Assembly: GCA_028826165.1 (NCBI GenBank)
Contig: JAPDFW010000087.1
Location: 186,001-250,000 of the forward strand
DNA: 64,000 nt
Source: Anaeramoeba ignava BMAN
Lineage: Eukaryota > Protista > Anaeramoebae
Direction of reading: 5' to 3'
Positions 62,001 through 64,000 of this stretch are shown here, piece after piece. Position 1 is the stretch's first letter, and every line of letters begins with the position of its first letter. The translations under genes were made by a program, and so were the position numbers. A model generated the notes under the pieces. The model saw only the letters and a list, made by a program, of their open reading frames with translations. It had not been told where the DNA came from and did no database searches.

Positions 62001-62845
62001 ATCCTCTTTTTTATATAAGACAAAAAGAACAGGAACAAATCCATGAGATCTTGAATAATCCTGTTAAATTGGCCTTCTTGAAAAAAGCTCTTGGAATGGA
62101 AGAAAAAAATCATAAAAATAATAAATCTTCCAAAAAGAAAAAAAGAAAAAAGAAAAATTTAGATCTTTCAAATAAAAAGAATAAAAATAAAAAGAATAAT
62201 AAAAAAGATAAGAAACATTCCCATAAACATTCACACGAAAAGAAAAAAACAAAAGAATTGCAAAAAATTAAAGAAAATCATGAAAAAAATCAAAATCAAA
62301 AAATCGCAAATAATCAAAATGAACTTTTAAAAGATCAAAAAAAATCTCATTTAGAATCACAAAAAGAAAAAAATCGCAAACAATCAACTTCACATCATCA
62401 TCAACATCATATTTCAACACATAAAATTTACTCAAATAATTTTAATAACGAAAAAAATGAATCAAATCAAAATCATTTCAAAAAACCAAATTTAAATTCA
62501 AATTTAAATTCAAAAATTAATTCAAAAATAAATGAAGAAGAAAAACAAAAAAAATTAATAGAAATGCAAAAAAATGCAGAAAAATATGAAAAAGAAAGAG
62601 AAAATAGAATTAAAAAACATGAAATTTTAATTCAAAATGAAGAAAAAGAATTAGAAAAAAGAAATAAAAATCCTCAATTTTTAAAGTAAGTTAACAAAAA
62701 AAAATTTTAAAATTAAAAATTTAAAATTAAAAATTAAAATTTTTTTTTTATTTTAATTAGAAAAATTTCTAATAAAGTTTATAATAATGATTCTATAACT
62801 ATTGAAGACAGAATTATTCGAAATAGAGGATATTTGATGAAATAA
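59079..62845 (+). CDS. CWC25: Pre-mRNA splicing factor CWC25; exons 59079-59257, 61771-62685, 62761-62845
   Basis: Cir_N-like [15 protein letters not shown] start; spliced ERVEFLY, EAYLLGK and [19 protein letters not shown]; C-terminal EDRIIRNR. Confidence 0.9.
59300..61760. repeat. (ATATTT)n microsatellite filling the 2.5-kb CWC25 intron 1
   Basis: Visible hexamer repeat between donor 59258 and acceptor 61770. Confidence 0.95.
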
Positions 62846-63252
62846 AAAGATTATTATTTTTTTTTTCTTATTATTATTTTTTTTTTGATGAAAGGAAAAA
62901 AATTTTTTTTTAAATTTAAAATAAAAAACAAATTCAATTTAATTTTTAATTTTTATTTTTATTTAATTTTTAATTTTTATTTTTTAATTTAATTTAATTT
63001 TTAATGATCAAAATTCATTTTTTGTTAAAAAATCCCCTTAAAAAAAAAATCAAAAAACCAAATAAAATTTTTTTTTTTAAATTTCTTCTTTTTCATTTTT
63101 TTTTTCTTTTTTTTTCTTTCTTAATTTCAATTTTAATTTTAATTTTAATCTTTTTAAAAGACATTTAAAAATTTTCCGGCACAATAATCATTTTTTTTCT
63201 TTCATTTTTTTTTTTAATAACAACAAAAAAAAATAAAACAAAATAAAATAAA

Positions 63253-64000
63253 ATGGATTCAATTAAAATAAATGACACACTTCAAGATCCACAAGAAACC
63301 AACGAGATTGTGAAAATCTATGAACATCCACGTAATACATATGAGATGTTTGTTAATTCTTTCTTTCAAAAAAATTACAAATCAGGAACAAAAGAACATA
63401 TTTTTACACAAGCACAAGAAATGTGGCGAAAGAAGAAAAAAGACAGTAAATTCATTGAGGAATACATGACAGAAGAAATCCGTAAGCACGAACTTGAGCA
63501 AAAATCAAATGAATTTGAAGAAAAAAAAAGGATCAAAAAAAAAAACAAAATGAAGATCAAAAAAGAATTTGTCACTCAACTTTTTCTCAGATTTGTTCCT
63601 GAAACAAAGATAACCCCCGAAATGATCAAGAATCGGAAAGTTGCCAAATCTCTGGAATCATTTGCTACGCACTGGTCTGATTTCGAATCTCTTCTTTTTA
63701 GTTATAGAGAGGGTCTTAAACGTGAACCTCAAAAGGAAACTGTTTTGTCAAAAAGTATCTCAGCCGTTAAAGAAAAAGAGATTGATATTCAACACTCAAT
63801 CCAACAGATTTGTTTCTATTTTGAGGGGAAATCAAAAAAGAAAAATCGAAAACAGAAAAAGAAATTTTTTCAGGATTTTATTTCTTCAATGCAAAAATTT
63901 TCAACTATTGTTTTGAATGCAAAGAAAAGACTTCGTAAAAGAATTTATCGTCAAAAATTGTGTGAAAAAAAACAGAAACAAAAAGTTGAAGATCATAATA
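63253..64000 (+). CDS. Hypothetical K/E-rich protein, 5' part only (runs off the window); N-terminal HMG-box-like helical motif
   Basis: Open frame from ATG 63253 to the window end: MDSIKINDTLQ...YEHPRNTYEMFVNSFFQK...FTQAQEMWRKKK. It is absent from the ORF track, probably because there is no stop within the window. Confidence 0.7.
   Translation, partial: MDSIKINDTLQDPQETNEIVKIYEHPRNTYEMFVNSFFQKNYKSGTKEHIFTQAQEMWRKKKKDSKFIEEYMTEEIRKHELEQKSNEFEEKKRIKKKNKMKIKKEFVTQLFLRFVPETKITPEMIKNRKVAKSLESFATHWSDFESLLFSYREGLKREPQKETVLSKSISAVKEKEIDIQHSIQQICFYFEGKSKKKNRKQKKKFFQDFISSMQKFSTIVLNAKKRLRKRIYRQKLCEKKQKQKVEDHN

Noticed and set aside
1-64000. Alternative genetic code, inteins, tRNA or rRNA genes
   Set aside because: Conserved genes end at TAA/TGA as expected and apparent internal stops are explained by introns. 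I saw no Hint/LAGLIDADG motifs and no structured GC-rich RNA-gene-like segments by eye.

Overview
Extremely AT-rich, gene-dense eukaryotic DNA (standard code, GT-AG spliceosomal introns, mostly 54-95 nt). The many ankyrin-BTB, RCC1-BTB and BTB-TLDc genes and the TCATTTT initiator-like motif suggest an anaerobic protist such as Anaeramoeba (inference). I reconstructed about 21 genes by hand: TOM1/THH1-like 7TM, ZCCHC10-like, two long ankyrin-BTB copies (one degraded), a conserved hypothetical, a giant Cys-rich multi-TM surface protein, BTB-BACK-TLDc, NF-YC, a PH protein, a micro-exon ankyrin-BTB, F-box/WD40, BPI/LBP, CCDC25, four tandem RCC1-BTB genes, a GATA-like finger/BRCT protein, a second spliced ankyrin gene, CWC25 and a truncated ORF. 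The main finding is a 21-exon ankyrin-BTB gene (32268-35842) that the ORF track mostly misses. In it, the two hypervariable beta-hairpin residues of successive ankyrin repeats (the xx of D-x-x-G-x-T-P-L-H) are each encoded by a separate 3-nt, single-codon exon. There are 11 such exons and all 20 introns are phase 0. A second ankyrin gene (55963-58867) shows a partial version of the same design. Other features: a decayed Crypton-like tyrosine-recombinase element inside a microsatellite-filled NF-YC intron, long introns filled with intron-specific satellites, a ~145-bp almost pure-AT tandem array, a duplicated bidirectional promoter, and recurrent 5' (TCATTTT) and 3' (TCCACTTTT) motifs.
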